Notes under the pieces: generated by a model
The model's database searches: none
The model's input: the letters and a program-made list of their open reading frames with translations, nothing else
What the model was told of the DNA's origin: nothing
Translations under genes and position numbers: made by a program
In this document: one piece after another, positions 12,611 to 26,477 of the stretch
Layout of the letters: each line of letters starts with the position of its first letter
How positions within the stretch are numbered: the first letter of the stretch is position 1
From: Octopus sinensis
Lineage: Eukaryota
Assembly: GCF_006345805.1 (NCBI RefSeq)
Contig: NC_043015.1
Span: forward strand, 36,332,001 to 36,396,000
DNA length: 64,000 nucleotides
Direction: 5' to 3'

Positions 12611-13774
12611 ATTTGTTCTTTGCAGAAAAATTATTCACTAACTTTGCCGAGCCCCCTTTCCTGACACTTCAGGAGAGCTATGTTTCTGCGAGTAGAATAT
12701 ATGCCAATAAAGAATCCAGTTTCGATTCTCATATTTTAATTAAGTTTGCACTAAACATATTTGGCAATTCTCCAGAGAATCTACCCTGTTCTCACCTCCA
12801 CATCCACCACATTTCATACACAAGCCACCTGTTTTTTGGTTGAGTCAACTCAACGGAAGAATTTAGGGAAAGCAAATAATAGACGTTGGCCTGAAAAAAA
12901 GAATCACGTGAAGAAACTTGCTGAAGTAAATGAAGCGAATGAATAGGTTTCGATCAAATAGTGAAACTATACTACAACGCGCGACACACAAGCATACACA
13001 CATAACTACACGCCCTCTCACACATACACACACCAAATCACACACACATACACACAGACTCATACTCATATATATCCACGCATACATGTAAGTCGTACAC
13101 GTGTACACATACACACAAGATTGACGTTACGCACAGACTCACATTCACACACATATACAAACATTAACACACACAGTTACCCAGGGTTTTCAGGTGTTCC
13201 ATCGACCAAATTTCCATCAAAATTTATTGGTCAAAAGGAGGCTTACAATAAAAGACACTTGCTCAATATTCTACGTAGAGGAATCACAGCAGGAATTACA
13301 TGGAGGCGAATAGAATTTCTCAACTGTAGATTTATCTTTGGAACGGAAGGATTTCATGGAGAAAACAAAATGAAAGTTACAACAGATAAAATAATGAGAA
13401 ATACACAAGAATATGGAAGATGGCAGTTTTAATATTCTTGTTAGTAAGACTCCCACCCTGACGTAAAATAGCAAAATGTAATATCAAGTATCATATTATT
13501 TTGAAGCATTCAGTCTGGCATGGAACCAAGAAAAGAAATAAATACATACATAACTAAAATGATAAATAAATAAAACTGGATATATTCATAAAAATAAGGA
13601 AGAAACTAAGAAAATACATAACCGTTTTCTCATAGAATGGTGATGTGTTATTGGGCAAATGTCTATAAAATGAGATGATTCTAAAAAATGGCATTTCAGA
13701 AAGTGTCTATCATGGATTGGTATGGCTTCATTTTTATTAGTCAATTTTACGTTTATTTCTACATTTCAACATAT

Positions 13775-13793
13775 TAGTTTATTATTATTATTA

Positions 13794-13855
<62 letters not shown>

Positions 13856-14085
13856 TATTATTATTATTATTATTATCATCATTATTATTATAATTATAAT
13901 TATTATTATTATTATCATTATTAATAATTATTATTGTTTATAATTATTATTATTATTATCATTATTAATAATTATTATTGTTATCCTCCTCCCCCTCCTC
14001 CTCATCATCATCATAATTATTATTATTATTATTATTACTTTCATTATTATTATTATTATTGTAATTGGTATTGTTATTATTATTG
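13775..14085. repeat. (ATT)n microsatellite field
   Basis: Directly visible. Confidence 0.92.
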
Positions 14086-15150
14086 AATATTGCTTTCGCT
14101 GTTGTTGATGTTCGTCTATCGACATAAATTACACATCGTTCCCGTAAGTTTGTTGTTATTTCTATTCTTACATAAAGTTATATAATGAAAAATCTGTTAC
14201 CGTTGTATAAATAATCTAACCGTGACCTAATGGGGTGGGGTAGATAGTATTTCTCCTTCTGTAGTCCTTAAACGATAAATTGGGGTTTGGTTGGCGAAGC
14301 GTCCCTGAATATTTGTTTTTGAAATATGAGGGCCGTTGAGAATTGTTCGTCTGCCGAAGGAAAAAAAACCGCCAGTTATCCACAGAGCAGAACAACCAAA
14401 TTGCCAGTATTAATGAGAGCAGCAGCAGCAGCAACAGCAGCAACAATGAGGACAGCAGTAACAACAACGACGACCATAATAACAACAACAGAGCACGCAA
14501 AATGTATAAAGCTAACATTCCACAGGAACAATTAAAAAGAACAACAAGAACAATGAAAGACATGAATAGGAGGAACACCACTCCTTCCACCACCCCAACC
14601 AGTTCCAACGGCAAACCCACCACCACCACCACATCCATCATTAACGAAAAGCATTTTATAAATGAAAGTAAATGTAAAAGTGCAAAATGCATTTTGGAGA
14701 AATGTGAACGAAATGTGTCTCTGAATGTCCCTAGAACTGTCCTAGCAAGAAACTAATTCGTGGACATTCCTATAGAAATCTATTCGAACAAGAAGCACAA
14801 GAATAAAAACACAGCAGCAGACAGAAGCGTAAGACTTACAGAGAGAGGAGGAAAAATACAGAAGTGCCGAAGTGAGGTTCGCCTGAAAGCAAGAGGTCAA
14901 AAGGCATTGAACAACAAGACAAAAGAGTGACCAACTCATTCTCATCCTTACTTACAATTTGTCCAAGGATGTTGAAAAGAAGAAGAATAAATATACAACC
15001 AGAAACCTCAGGATAGATAAAATCCACGTTAGTTGAATACGGCGGAGTAGTCTTCAAGGCAAGGACATCTTGATTAGTTTAAAGGTTACGATGTCGCAAG
15101 GAGGTACATGTTGATGCAAAGTAGATTCAATCAGAATATATGCGTGTATG

Positions 15151-15281
<131 letters not shown>

Positions 15282-15589
15282 CATATGTATGTATGTATGT
15301 ATATATGTATGTATGTATGTCTACAATTACGTTACGCAGCAAATAGTTCGGCAGAAAACATTTGCTCATTTATCATTAACTCTAATATTACCAAATATAA
15401 TAGAGTTGATGGTATCTTTGCAAATCTTTTCTGCCGAACTATTTGCTCTGCATTGGAATTATTTTTTCAGACTGAAAATGCTATGATTTGGCGCACTCTA
15501 TGATGACATATATACATACATATATATATATATTATATATATATATATATATAATATATATATATATATGAATGTATGTGTGTGTGTGT

Positions 15590-15664
<75 letters not shown>

Positions 15665-15959
15665 CAGGTAGATATACATACAAATATGTGAGTAAAGTAC
15701 GTACATGTATGTGCATGTGTCTGCTGGTGTGCTGTACGTATTTAGATTTCATTCTCAAGGTTTGTTTCATGCATTGAGTCACGTCTTGTCACATTTTCCT
15801 TGCAAGAATTCAGCGACAGAGAAGCAACATAGTTTCCCTCATTCGTAACGTGTTCACCATACTACCGACACCTCCCACCACCTTCCCCTCGTTCTGCTCC
15901 TATCCCTTCGTCTAACTACTTCCTTTCTTCCTCCACTTCTTCCTCCTCCTACTACTACT

Positions 15960-16103
15960 ACTGATAGTAATATTATATGAAGAATAAGGACATTAATAAT
16001 AATGATAACAGCAACAACAACAATAACAATATTGATAATAATACGAACAACAGCAATGACAATAATAATAATTATAATGATGATAATAATAATAATAATA
16101 ATG

Positions 16104-16160
<57 letters not shown>

Positions 16161-16185
16161 TAATAATAATAATAATGATGATGAT
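15960..16185. repeat. (AAT)n/(AAC)n microsatellite
   Basis: Directly visible. Confidence 0.92.
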
Positions 16186-16423
16186 AATCTTGGTCATATA
16201 CCCAGCAGGGTGGCATAAGGTAATTGAGGTAATATGTTTTGTTAGAGAGGGTCGTTATATATTTTTATTGTCATGTGATGTTTAGGTGAGATTACTTTTA
16301 CTTCTTTTTATTTCATTTTTTTTGTCGGTGTAATCTTTTTATATTTTTTGTACTTCCTGCCAACTCGGCATATGGACATGTACAAGAAAAAATAATATAT
16401 GTATGTATACACACACACACACA

Positions 16424-16491
<68 letters not shown>

Positions 16492-16662
16492 CATAGGTAT
16501 ATATATGTATTTATTAGTATTTGCATAAATGTATATGTCAATCATTGGTGTGCGTTTGCGTGTATATATGCTTACAAACTGACATACGCCAGCGATTATA
16601 TTATATGTATATGTCTATGTATGTGTATGTGTGTGTGTGTGTAGGTATGCATGTATATATAA

Positions 16663-16732
<70 letters not shown>

Positions 16733-17479
16733 ATGTGTGTGTGTGTATACACATGCATACACTCGTATACACATATATATATGCGTGTAATCAAATATAT
16801 TTGTGCGATATTTTGCGCGTGTGAAAGTGTGTAAGCAGATAAGACTAAATTCTGAGGGCTCATAAAAAGAAAAAAATAATAATCCTGGTTCTTGTAGAGT
16901 TCATTGGAATTAGTCTGCAACAAATGGATACATATTGGAACAGAAGAGAAAGAATAGGAAAACCGAAGGCAATAAAACCTATCAGAAAGACACGTGCAGC
17001 GATATATTCGGAAAGAAAAACTGAAGCCAATTATTGCGATATTTTATTTCACTCACCCTCATTCTCTCTCTCCTCTCCCTCTCTCCCTCTCCTTTACTTT
17101 CTTCCTCACTCTCTCGCTTACTCTCTTTCTGTCTGCCTGTCTCTCTCTCTCTCTCTCACTCTCTGGATACATGTTTATACAAAGAAACTTATCTGTTCAT
17201 GGGGGATGTCTATCTATCTTTCTATCTATATCCATATCTATGAATTTGTCTTCAGGTATGTATGCATTTAAATATATATGCAAGATACATGTAAAATATG
17301 TATATACACATATGCACATATATATATATATATGAGTATATGTTTATATATGTATATATATATATATATTCATATATTTTTGTGCATATTTATATGTGTG
17401 TGCGTGTGTGTGTGCGCGTGTGCGTGTGTGTGGGTATGTGCATGTGCGTGTGTGTGCGTGTGTATGTATTCTGTTTGCT

Positions 17480-17670
17480 TCTTTCACTCATCAGACTGCA
17501 ACTCTGCTGGAGCACCGCGTTGATGGCTTTCAGGCGAACACATTGACGACAGAACTTATTTTTTAAACCTAGGTCTTATTCTATCGAGATTTTATCACGA
17601 ACTGCTAAGTTACAACGGCGTAAAAGCACAAACTCTGGTTGTTAATAGGTTACGGGGGAGGAATAGAGAC
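17480..17670 (-). mobile_element. SINE 3' half (family of 25179-25572)
   Basis: gactgcaactctgctggagcaccgc...ttattctatcg...ctaagttac matches 25210-25320. Confidence 0.65.
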
Positions 17671-17705
17671 ACAAATGCACACGCACATGGATATATACAG
17701 ACATA

Positions 17706-17851
<146 letters not shown>

Positions 17852-18292
17852 TATAGATAGATAGATAGATAGATAGAATGGAATGATTACTATGAAGCGT
17901 TGTGTATAATATATTGTATAAAGGTAAGGCCCAAGCAATGCGAAGTAAATGCAAGGCAAATCCCATGGACACAAATACGTGAATTAATGTAGACTTACCT
18001 TGCATTCCATATTTCGGGTTTTTTTTTCATCCTTGCTTTTGTATACATTCGCTGCTTTCTTCCAAGGAATATAATGGTCTTAGCTTAGCTTTTCCTGGGG
18101 CTGGCCAGATTGGAGCAATCTCCTGAATATTCAGCCGAAATTGCGAAGATAATCTGGTGTTTGACAGAGGATAGATGGCTTCGAATGATCCTTCCTCGTT
18201 TTCTTTGTATCGTCTACCTGGATGTTTTGTTGTCCCTTTTTTGTATCACCTGGCTGTCCGGATGTTTTGTGTTCTTGTCCCATTTTGCAATT

Positions 18293-18373
<81 letters not shown>

Positions 18374-18724
18374 GCACATATATATTTTCCATAAATGGAA
18401 TCAATGATTTGTTTGTACATGTATATGCATATACAATATTTGTATGCATGTATATATATATATATGTGTGTGTATATATATTTTTATGCATATATATACA
18501 TACATATCTATATACATATATATACGAAAATATATCTTGATATATACATGGATACATGCGCGTGTTTATGCGTGTGTGTGTGTGTTTGTGTTATTGTGTG
18601 CAATCAGAACAAAACAATCCTTTGCATACTGATACACAATACAAATGCACTTCAATGCAAATCTTTTGCCAAAAAATGCTTCGGGTCTTTCTCATTATTC
18701 TGTTATTCTTCTTGTCGTTATTGA

Positions 18725-18740
18725 TGCATTATTATTATTA

Positions 18741-18788
<48 letters not shown>

Positions 18789-18840
18789 ATTATTATTATT
18801 ATTATTTTTATTATTATTATTATTAATATTATTATTATTA

Positions 18841-18922
<82 letters not shown>

Positions 18923-18925
18923 CAT
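18725..18925. repeat. (ATT)n microsatellite
   Basis: Directly visible; accounts for the poly-Leu/Ile/Asn ORFs. Confidence 0.95.
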
Positions 18926-20589
18926 TGCAACACAGTTTCCTATTTCTGGATAATATTTTCAATGCAATTATCAGTAGTCATTTTTCTATTGTATCAGATA
19001 CAACTTTCACTGTTTGTCAGTCTGAAGGTGAAAGAATGAATCGCATAAAATGGCCGAAATTGCAATATCCTTCTCACAAACAATACACATTGATCCTATA
19101 TACAATTGAATTGCAATTTGTCTTTGTTTCTGTATTGTAGATATATAGATAATAAATAGAGTGGGAGAGAGAGAGAAAGAGAGAGAGAGGGGGGAGAGGA
19201 AAAGAACGAGTAACAGTAATACTACAACTGTTGCCCATCTATTTACGTTGGTATAATAGTCGCTGTTGCCATAACACTACCAATCTTAAAAACAGCGAGA
19301 GCAGTATCGTGGAAGCATCGCCATCGCCATCATCATCTTCACCGCCATGGACGTCGTGGCCAGCATCGTGATTACCATCAGCAGCAGCAACATCATCATC
19401 ATCATCATCATCTCATTATCACCAAAAAACAACTACAATAGGGGTGGGGTGCAGTTTGCCGAACTAAAGGTAAATTGTATTAGTGTTGAGCAAGAGCTCA
19501 GTAAAAAATAACAGACACAACAAAATAAGAAATTGTAAACATAGCTAACAGATACATATTACACATACTCACGCACACATACACACATATCCCGAAAGGA
19601 ACGAACACCCCTATAAATGAAATATTCTTATATATTTATATATTTGTATGCTTGCGTGTGTATGTGTGTATGTGTGTGGGGGGAGTGTGTGTTTCTATAG
19701 TGGATGCTGTGTGCTGGTTACCTTTTTAATTTCAGGTGTCATATCCACTGATCTGCGTTGCCCCTCTTGGATACATGAACCATGAGTTTTCGGTTTCGAT
19801 CATTCACAACACGATTACTCCCGGGCACCAGGAATCCTTACGTTCGTTTTCTTGAGGCCGTTTCAATGTCTATCTAAACCTGTGGTTTCCAATCATTTAT
19901 TTCTTCTATACTTATGTAGATGTTTTTATTTGATGTTTTCTATATTTTCATAAGTAAATATTACTTAGAATTGTATATAAATATTTAAATATTTGTGTAT
20001 TGCAGAAATGTAACCAACTTCTGGTGCATAAAATTTTAAAATACAATCTTATAGCCCTCCTCCTCAAATATCGTACGGACCACTTATATTTGGATCAATT
20101 GAGAGCCACTGATCTAAATTGTGAGATCTAAACACTTTAAACACACCCTACTTAACACTCCTTGTCACTGACGGTTGGAAGCCCCTGGTACAATAAAGTG
20201 TTATGTCCAGTTATGGTTGTTTGGAATGCTATAAGCCTTACAACAATAAGTATCCGGACCGATTTTGGCCATTTTCCTTTTTAAACTAAAACCCTGGGAG
20301 CAGCCTTTTCGCTAAATAAATACTAAACACAACAAATTGTAAATATTTTCAGAGGAAAAGGAGAAAAATTCAAGGGATGTTTCGCTGTTGTTTCTAGCAC
20401 AACCCAAACCACCATCCCATTTCACTCTCACATGTATTGATGTTTCTTCAATATTTTTCTCCCTTTAAACACATTTTATGGAATGATTATTCCGAAGTAA
20501 AACACGCGTAGTCCATTCGTTAAAGAAAAACAAAGAAACAAACAGTCACGTAGACTTCTACGCCCGGAGGGTGGTGTTTCTGCTAGTTT

Positions 20590-21660
20590 CTCTCATTGCT
20601 TCAGCCTTTCATGTTACATTCACTTCAGTCAGGCCATCAAGAATATCTTCTCTTGTATAAATGCTTTGTCTGTGACGTATTGCACATCCAGAAACCGTGT
20701 AGAAGACTTGTTAATCGTTTTCCAGAATATGTATTCTCTAAACGTAACGACACCGGGTCACTCAAGGTCCTGTTCACGATGCTGCAATCAGACACACCCA
20801 CCACGAGAACTATCACAAGCAGCATTGTATAACACAACGGAGAACCTTTAAGTGTTTACATCACACACAACAATTAATTTCTCACCTAAATGAGCCAACA
20901 ATGTTGAGATTAATGATCCAGATAGCTTTAAAAACACAACCTTCCATTTCATCTGAAACACCCTCACCCACACTCAGACACTTGCAAGTGCATTCATCTA
21001 CCCATCTACTATACAATCACTCCGCACACACACACACAGCTCTCTTCTATCAATTACACAAACACTTATCATTTATTCTCAACACTCACAACACACAAGT
21101 AACACAGAGGCACACTCACATGTTTCACCTTTAGCTCACCGCAAACAAGTTGAAGCATAACACATCCCTTTACATTTTCCAAAATACACGCATCTTCTCT
21201 TACATAAAGCTTACAGATACACGTTCTACTTTCTGTTTGTCTGTCTCTGTTTCTTTTTTCTGTGTCTCTCCTCCACAAAACGCACACAAACCCACAAACA
21301 CTTATACACACAAATACACACATATACAAGCATTACGAAATCACACGCTTCCTTAAATCTTCCCAAACTTATCATTCTTATCTCCCGCTATTATCACTCT
21401 TTTGGCTACAAACCATCAACCTTCACACTTCCGCTCTACCCACTGACGCTTTGTAAATCGCCATGTTGTTTCAGTAAAAACAACAAAGATCTTTTTCTTT
21501 ATTCACCTGACGTATATTTACTTTCTTGTCTGTTCCTCTCTTTACATATTTTTTCTCTTTCATCTCTTTATTAATGAGGGAAACGTTTGCATCTCTACCG
21601 TTTCCTTTCGATTAAATTCTGTTCTTTTTTTCCGCTCTTGTTGCTCGTATGTGTTTTTAT
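20590..21660 (+). mobile_element. Degenerate Penelope-like element: GIY-YIG endonuclease relic plus C/A-rich 3' region
   Basis: ORF 20596..20832 contains LLYKCFVCDVLHIQKPCRRLVNRFPEY, resembling PLE GIY-YIG (IYCI.C..C..LYIGETGRRL.DRF.EH); followed by a C-rich tract and then a T-rich tail, as in other PLE ends in this window. Confidence 0.5.
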
Positions 21661-21994
21661 TGCTTTCGTGCAGCTTCTTCTTTTATTTCTTACGAATCTT
21701 GATGGAAATGTGGATATTCTATAACACCAATCGAACGCAAACTACTGGTGTACTTGAGTGTATAGACACGCACACACACACGCAAATATTATATGTATGT
21801 ATGTGTCTATGCATCTATGTATGTGTGTATTTATGCATGCCAATATGTATGTATGTAGATAGGTAGGTAGATTTGTATGTATGCGCAGATACAGGCAAAA
21901 AGCCACACTGATTCATGTATGTACACATACACATAAGTATAGGCATTCGTGGGTGTGTATGCATATGATTTATGTTTTATCGTTTATCTTTTGC

Positions 21995-22195
21995 GTTCTT
22001 CACTTATTGGACTGCGGCCATGCAGGGATAAAACCTTAAAGAATTTTAGTCGCGGGAATTGACACCAGTACTTAGTATTGTTTAACGACTGCTACACACT
22101 CTGTCGATTGCTATGGTTGACCTTCTATGTTACGGTGGCATAAACGCAGCAACATGCGATCGTGGAGGACAAATATAAACACAAACAAACGCACA
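21995..22195 (-). mobile_element. Degenerate SINE 3' half
   Basis: ggactgcggccatgc...ttagtcg...attgacaccagtactta matches 25210-25270. Confidence 0.55.
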
Positions 22196-22225
22196 CAATC
22201 GTATATATATACTTATACATCTTTT

Positions 22226-22637
22226 CAGGGGTTGGACAAATAATCGAAACACCTCATAATTTTGAAATATCTATAAAACCGTCAAAAGCTTGTTTGTTTT
22301 AATGTTTTTTGATTTATTATTAGTGTTCCTTAATATGTTTTGCTAAAATTGCTCTTTATTATCAGATATCCCCGGAGAGAGGTAATTTAAATTCATTAAA
22401 ATGGCAGATCTATCCGACTTTCAAAGAGGTAGGACAAATTGTTGGCAGGCGCTAGCCTAACGAAAACAACCGAAATGTTTGATGTATCAAGAAGAACTGC
22501 CCCGAAAGTAAAGACAGCCTTTGAGAAAAAGGTAAAAACCTCCTCGTCGAAACAAAACTCTGGAACAAAACCAAAACTTTCAGATAGGGACCGTCGGATT
22601 CTTACTCGAATTGTTAGAAAGGAGTGTGCGACTACAT
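22226..22637 (+). mobile_element. 5' half of a Tc1-like transposon (left TIR plus frameshifted transposase N-terminus)
   Basis: CAGGGGTTGGACAAATAATCGAAACACC TIR-like start; ATG at 22401 gives MADLSDFQRG, then after a frameshift AGASLTKTTEMFDVSRRTAPKVKTAFEKKVKTSSSKQNSGTKPKLSDRDRRILTRIVRK (Tc1 paired-like HTH, GRKPKL motif); no right TIR found. Confidence 0.85.
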
Positions 22638-23085
22638 GAAATAGGAGATTTTTGCTGTTGCGCTTTGAATTTAAATCTCACAAACGGTGAAACAATCACA
22701 CATCATAGGCTGAAAGAGTATGTCAAGTTGGACCACAACCCTTACAGGCAATGGGTCTCTGGGCTATACGACAGGACTTCAATTGTTTCAGTAGTATTGA
22801 TGGTTGCAAGAAGATTCTTTGTAGACCATTGCACCTTGCTATGTATATATATATAGCGATTTTTCAAAATGAGAACAAAACTTTATCAACAAAGTAGAAA
22901 ACCGACAGTTTATATGCAAACACAGATGTGCAAGAAAACACTCACACACACACATGCGGTCACACACACACATATATATATATACAGGTATATACGCACA
23001 TATTAGTATATATATATATATGTGTGTGTGTGTGACTCTGTGTGTGTGTGTATTTATACATATATATATACATACAATATATATA

Positions 23086-23199
<114 letters not shown>

Positions 23200-23296
23200 C
23201 GGGAAGCTTTATGAAAATAAACAAAAGACGAAGGCAGGTGGAAAACAAACGAACAATTGTATTAGTATGGCGCTCAGGAAATATAAATAAAACAAG

Positions 23297-23334
23297 TCTT
23301 TAACGTTTCGAGCCTACGCTCTTCAACAGAAAGA
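23297..23334 (-). ncRNA. Minimal type I hammerhead-ribozyme-like motif (A6U core variant)
   Basis: UCUUU CUGUUGA A GAGC GUAG GCUC GAAA CGUU AAAGA: 5-bp stem I, 4-bp stem II, palindromic ACGU stem III. Confidence 0.55.
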
Positions 23335-23517
23335 TACACAGAGAGAAAAACACACAGAAAGAAGGAGAGAAAAAAATGCGTGCAGTAGCTAACGAATCAA
23401 CATGGCGATCTGATTTCGGCCAGAGGTCAAAGATCAAACATGAGACGCGAGAGCGAAATAAGGGGAGATAATAGGGTTGATAAAGGGGTTGAGGGACCAG
23501 CTAAAAGTGCGTGGGAG

Positions 23518-23845
23518 GGGTCTGGATGTGTGTATGTATAGGGTTGGTGTACGTATTAGTATGTATAAGGGTGTGTGTGTGTGTGTGTGTGTTGTGAATG
23601 AGAGAGTATTAGTGCGTAAGATTGGTCTGGACGTGCGTATGTATGGGGTTGGTGTATGTATTAGTATGTATTAGTACGTATTGGTATGTATTAGGTGTGT
23701 GTGTGTGTGTGAGAGAGAGAGTATAAGTGCGTATGCGGAGTCTGGACGTGTGTATGTATAGGGTTGGTGTAAGTATTAGTATGTACTAGTATGTATAGTA
23801 CGTATTAGTATGTATTAGTTGGTGTGTGTATTAGTATGGGCATCA
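23518..23845. repeat. Minisatellite, three copies of a ~105-120-bp unit
   Basis: Each unit starts gtctggaYgtg.gtatgtat.gggttggtgta.gtattagtatgta, at about 23520, 23626 and 23740. Confidence 0.75.
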
Positions 23846-25178
23846 TATGTGATGTGATGTGTAAAGTCATGTGGTGTAGTGAGGAGAAGAGGGGGAGGGG
23901 GAGAAGAGGGAGTAGAAGGGGAGGGGAAGAAGAGGGGAGGAGAAGGGGGAAGAGGAGACGATGGGGGAGAAGGAAGGTGAGGGGGATGAAGGAGGAAAGA
24001 GGGAGAGGGGGAGAGAGAAGGGGAGAGAGGGAGTGAGGGAGCAGAGGGAAGGGGAAGAGGGAGGGAGAAAGAGGGAAGAAGGGAAGGGGAGTAGGGGTGA
24101 AAGGATGAAGGACTGAAGAAGTAGGGGTCGGGGGAGAAAGGATAGGGGGGTTAGATGAGGAGGGGGGAGAGTTGAGACCAAATGGCGTATAAGAGCGAAG
24201 AGAGAAGATTAATTCCTGTTCACGGCGCAAACGGGAATCCGGATGGCCTCTGTGTAAGGACAAACCGAACACAGATAGGTGTTGCAAGGAGTGACCGGTA
24301 TGCGCGTGAGTGTGTATGTATGTCTATATTTATTTATATGTATACTTGTAACTATACATATATTTCTCTATATAAGTATATCTATAGATTTATATGTACG
24401 TACGTACGTATGTATGCAATTAAACCTATTCATAGATTTACATTACTTATCTTAACCAAATGCTGAAACGGCGATGCACAGTATGGAAGCAATTACACTG
24501 CAACGCTGCCACATACACCAAAGAACCATGAAACGATACTTCAATGTTGTCTATCTTACATTATAAATGAAGCTAAGGGGTAATGGTCATTTATTTAGAG
24601 CTGTTACTGTGTGAGAGATAATGCTTTCTCTATGAAACACCGTGGCTGTTTCTCGCGATCAATTGTAGACCAGTTCCGACCTTATAAATCTGATAAAGTT
24701 AATATTTGAAGAGAGAGGCTAATATAATTGTTTTCATGTAATATGGCGTTGTCTTTCATATAATTTACACAACGGAGATTTCATTGCAGATTTATTTCCA
24801 GATCTAAGTAAGCAGAATTATACTGTTGTATAGCAGACTAATCGGCTTCCATTAAGTATTTTTATTTCTGATTTTGGTGCCTGCTTAATTTGTGTTACCA
24901 TTTATCATTTATCTCACACAGTTCAGTCACAGACACTAACACGCTGATGCGAACACAGATTTTATTTATTAAAACAAGAGATGAGTACGGTTTGCTCTAC
25001 TTCTCTGTAAACATAAGTACATGCACACAGACGCGCACACAAACACCCACAGGTATACATATTTAATTTAGATGTAAAGTTATACACGTGAATTGCGAGT
25101 CTACTTCTGTGATCTTGGTCATCAGATGTAAGTATATATATGTATGTGCGTTTGTGTGAATGTGTGCTTATATATACA

Positions 25179-25572
25179 CTCTTTTACTCTCTCTTTTACT
25201 TGTTTCAGTCATTTGACTGAGGCCATGCTGGAGCACCGCCTTTAGTCGAGCAAATCGACACCAGGACTTATTTTTCTATGCCTATCGGCTTCTTTTGCCA
25301 GACCACTAGGTTACGGGACGTAAACACACTACCATCGGTTGTCAAGCAATGTTGGTGGTGGGGGAAAACACAGACACATAAACATATACACACACATACA
25401 TATATATATATACGACGTGCTTATTTCAGTTTCCGTCTGTCAAATCCACTCACAAGTCTTTGGTCGGCCCGAGGCTATAGTAGAAGACACTTGCCCAAGG
25501 TGCCGCGCAGTGGGACTAAACCCGGAACCATGTGATTGGTAAGCAAGCTATTTACCACACAGCCACTCCTGC
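25179..25572 (-). mobile_element. Near full-length tRNA-derived SINE (abundant octopus-type family)
   Basis: Reverse complement begins GCAGGAGTGGCTGTGTGGTAAATAGCTTGC...GGTTCCGGGTTTAGTCCC (A/B boxes), with an internal (CA/TA)n spacer and an (AGTAAAAG)n-like tail. Confidence 0.85.
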
Positions 25573-25616
25573 ATATATATTTACATATATACATGCAAGC
25601 ATACTTACATATATAC

Positions 25617-25661
<45 letters not shown>

Positions 25662-25696
25662 ATATTAATATATATATATACATATATACTCAATAT

Positions 25697-26237
25697 AAAA
25701 CAGTGTACATTTAGACACAAGATAAACTGCCTTCAACAAGCAGTTTTACACGCTAGAAGAAGTGGTCAAAACGAACAAAACCACATTTCAGAGCAATCTT
25801 CAAAAGGAATGAAAAATATAAACATGTATCGTGTAATTTTATTCCGCTTAGACCTAAGTTTCAAATTTTCATTAACAAATAAAATAACTTGCAAGGCGAA
25901 TTTCTCATCAGTAACCGCGCCATAACACTAGCATATAATTAAGAGACGAACACACGTGTCTTATCGATATACATTATAATTTTTTAAATTTTAAATTATA
26001 CGTTAGTGTTACGGCACGGCTACTGAAGAGAAATTCGCCTAGCAAATTATTTTATTTAGTAAATAAAATGTGAAATCTAGGTCTGACCGGAATAAAATAA
26101 TAAGGTAAAAGATTTTATTTTTCATTCCTTTTGAAGGTTGCTCTGAAATGTGGTTTTGGTCGTTTTGACTACTTCTTCTAGAGTGTAAAACTGCCTGTTG
26201 AAGGCGGTTTCTCTTGTGTTTAAATGTACACTATTTT
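25697..26237. mobile_element. Foldback element: two ~245-bp inverted arms with a ~50-bp spacer
   Basis: 25697-25940 aligns by eye to the reverse complement of 25994-26237 (for example aaaaccacatttcagagcaa.cttcaaaaggaatgaaaaata). Confidence 0.85.
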
Positions 26238-26338
26238 GTATTTATATTTTATACCAGTCGCCTATCATCTATACATGCTAGGCGACTGGTATTAAAATTT
26301 CTAAGAAAAAACTAGCTACCCTATATTTTATGTATGTA

Positions 26339-26403
<65 letters not shown>

Positions 26404-26438
26404 ATATACATATATGTGTTATATATATATATATAATA

Positions 26439-26477
<39 letters not shown>

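Noticed and set aside
14216-14756. 137-158 aa ORFs rich in S/N/T or L/V
   Set aside because: Built from (CAG)/(AAC)/(CAC) repeats; no homology recognised.
19737-19844. Strong plus-strand acceptor followed by open frame VSYPLICVAPLGYMNHEF...
   Set aside because: Only a weak donor, and an equally plausible minus-strand reading exists; unsupported alone.
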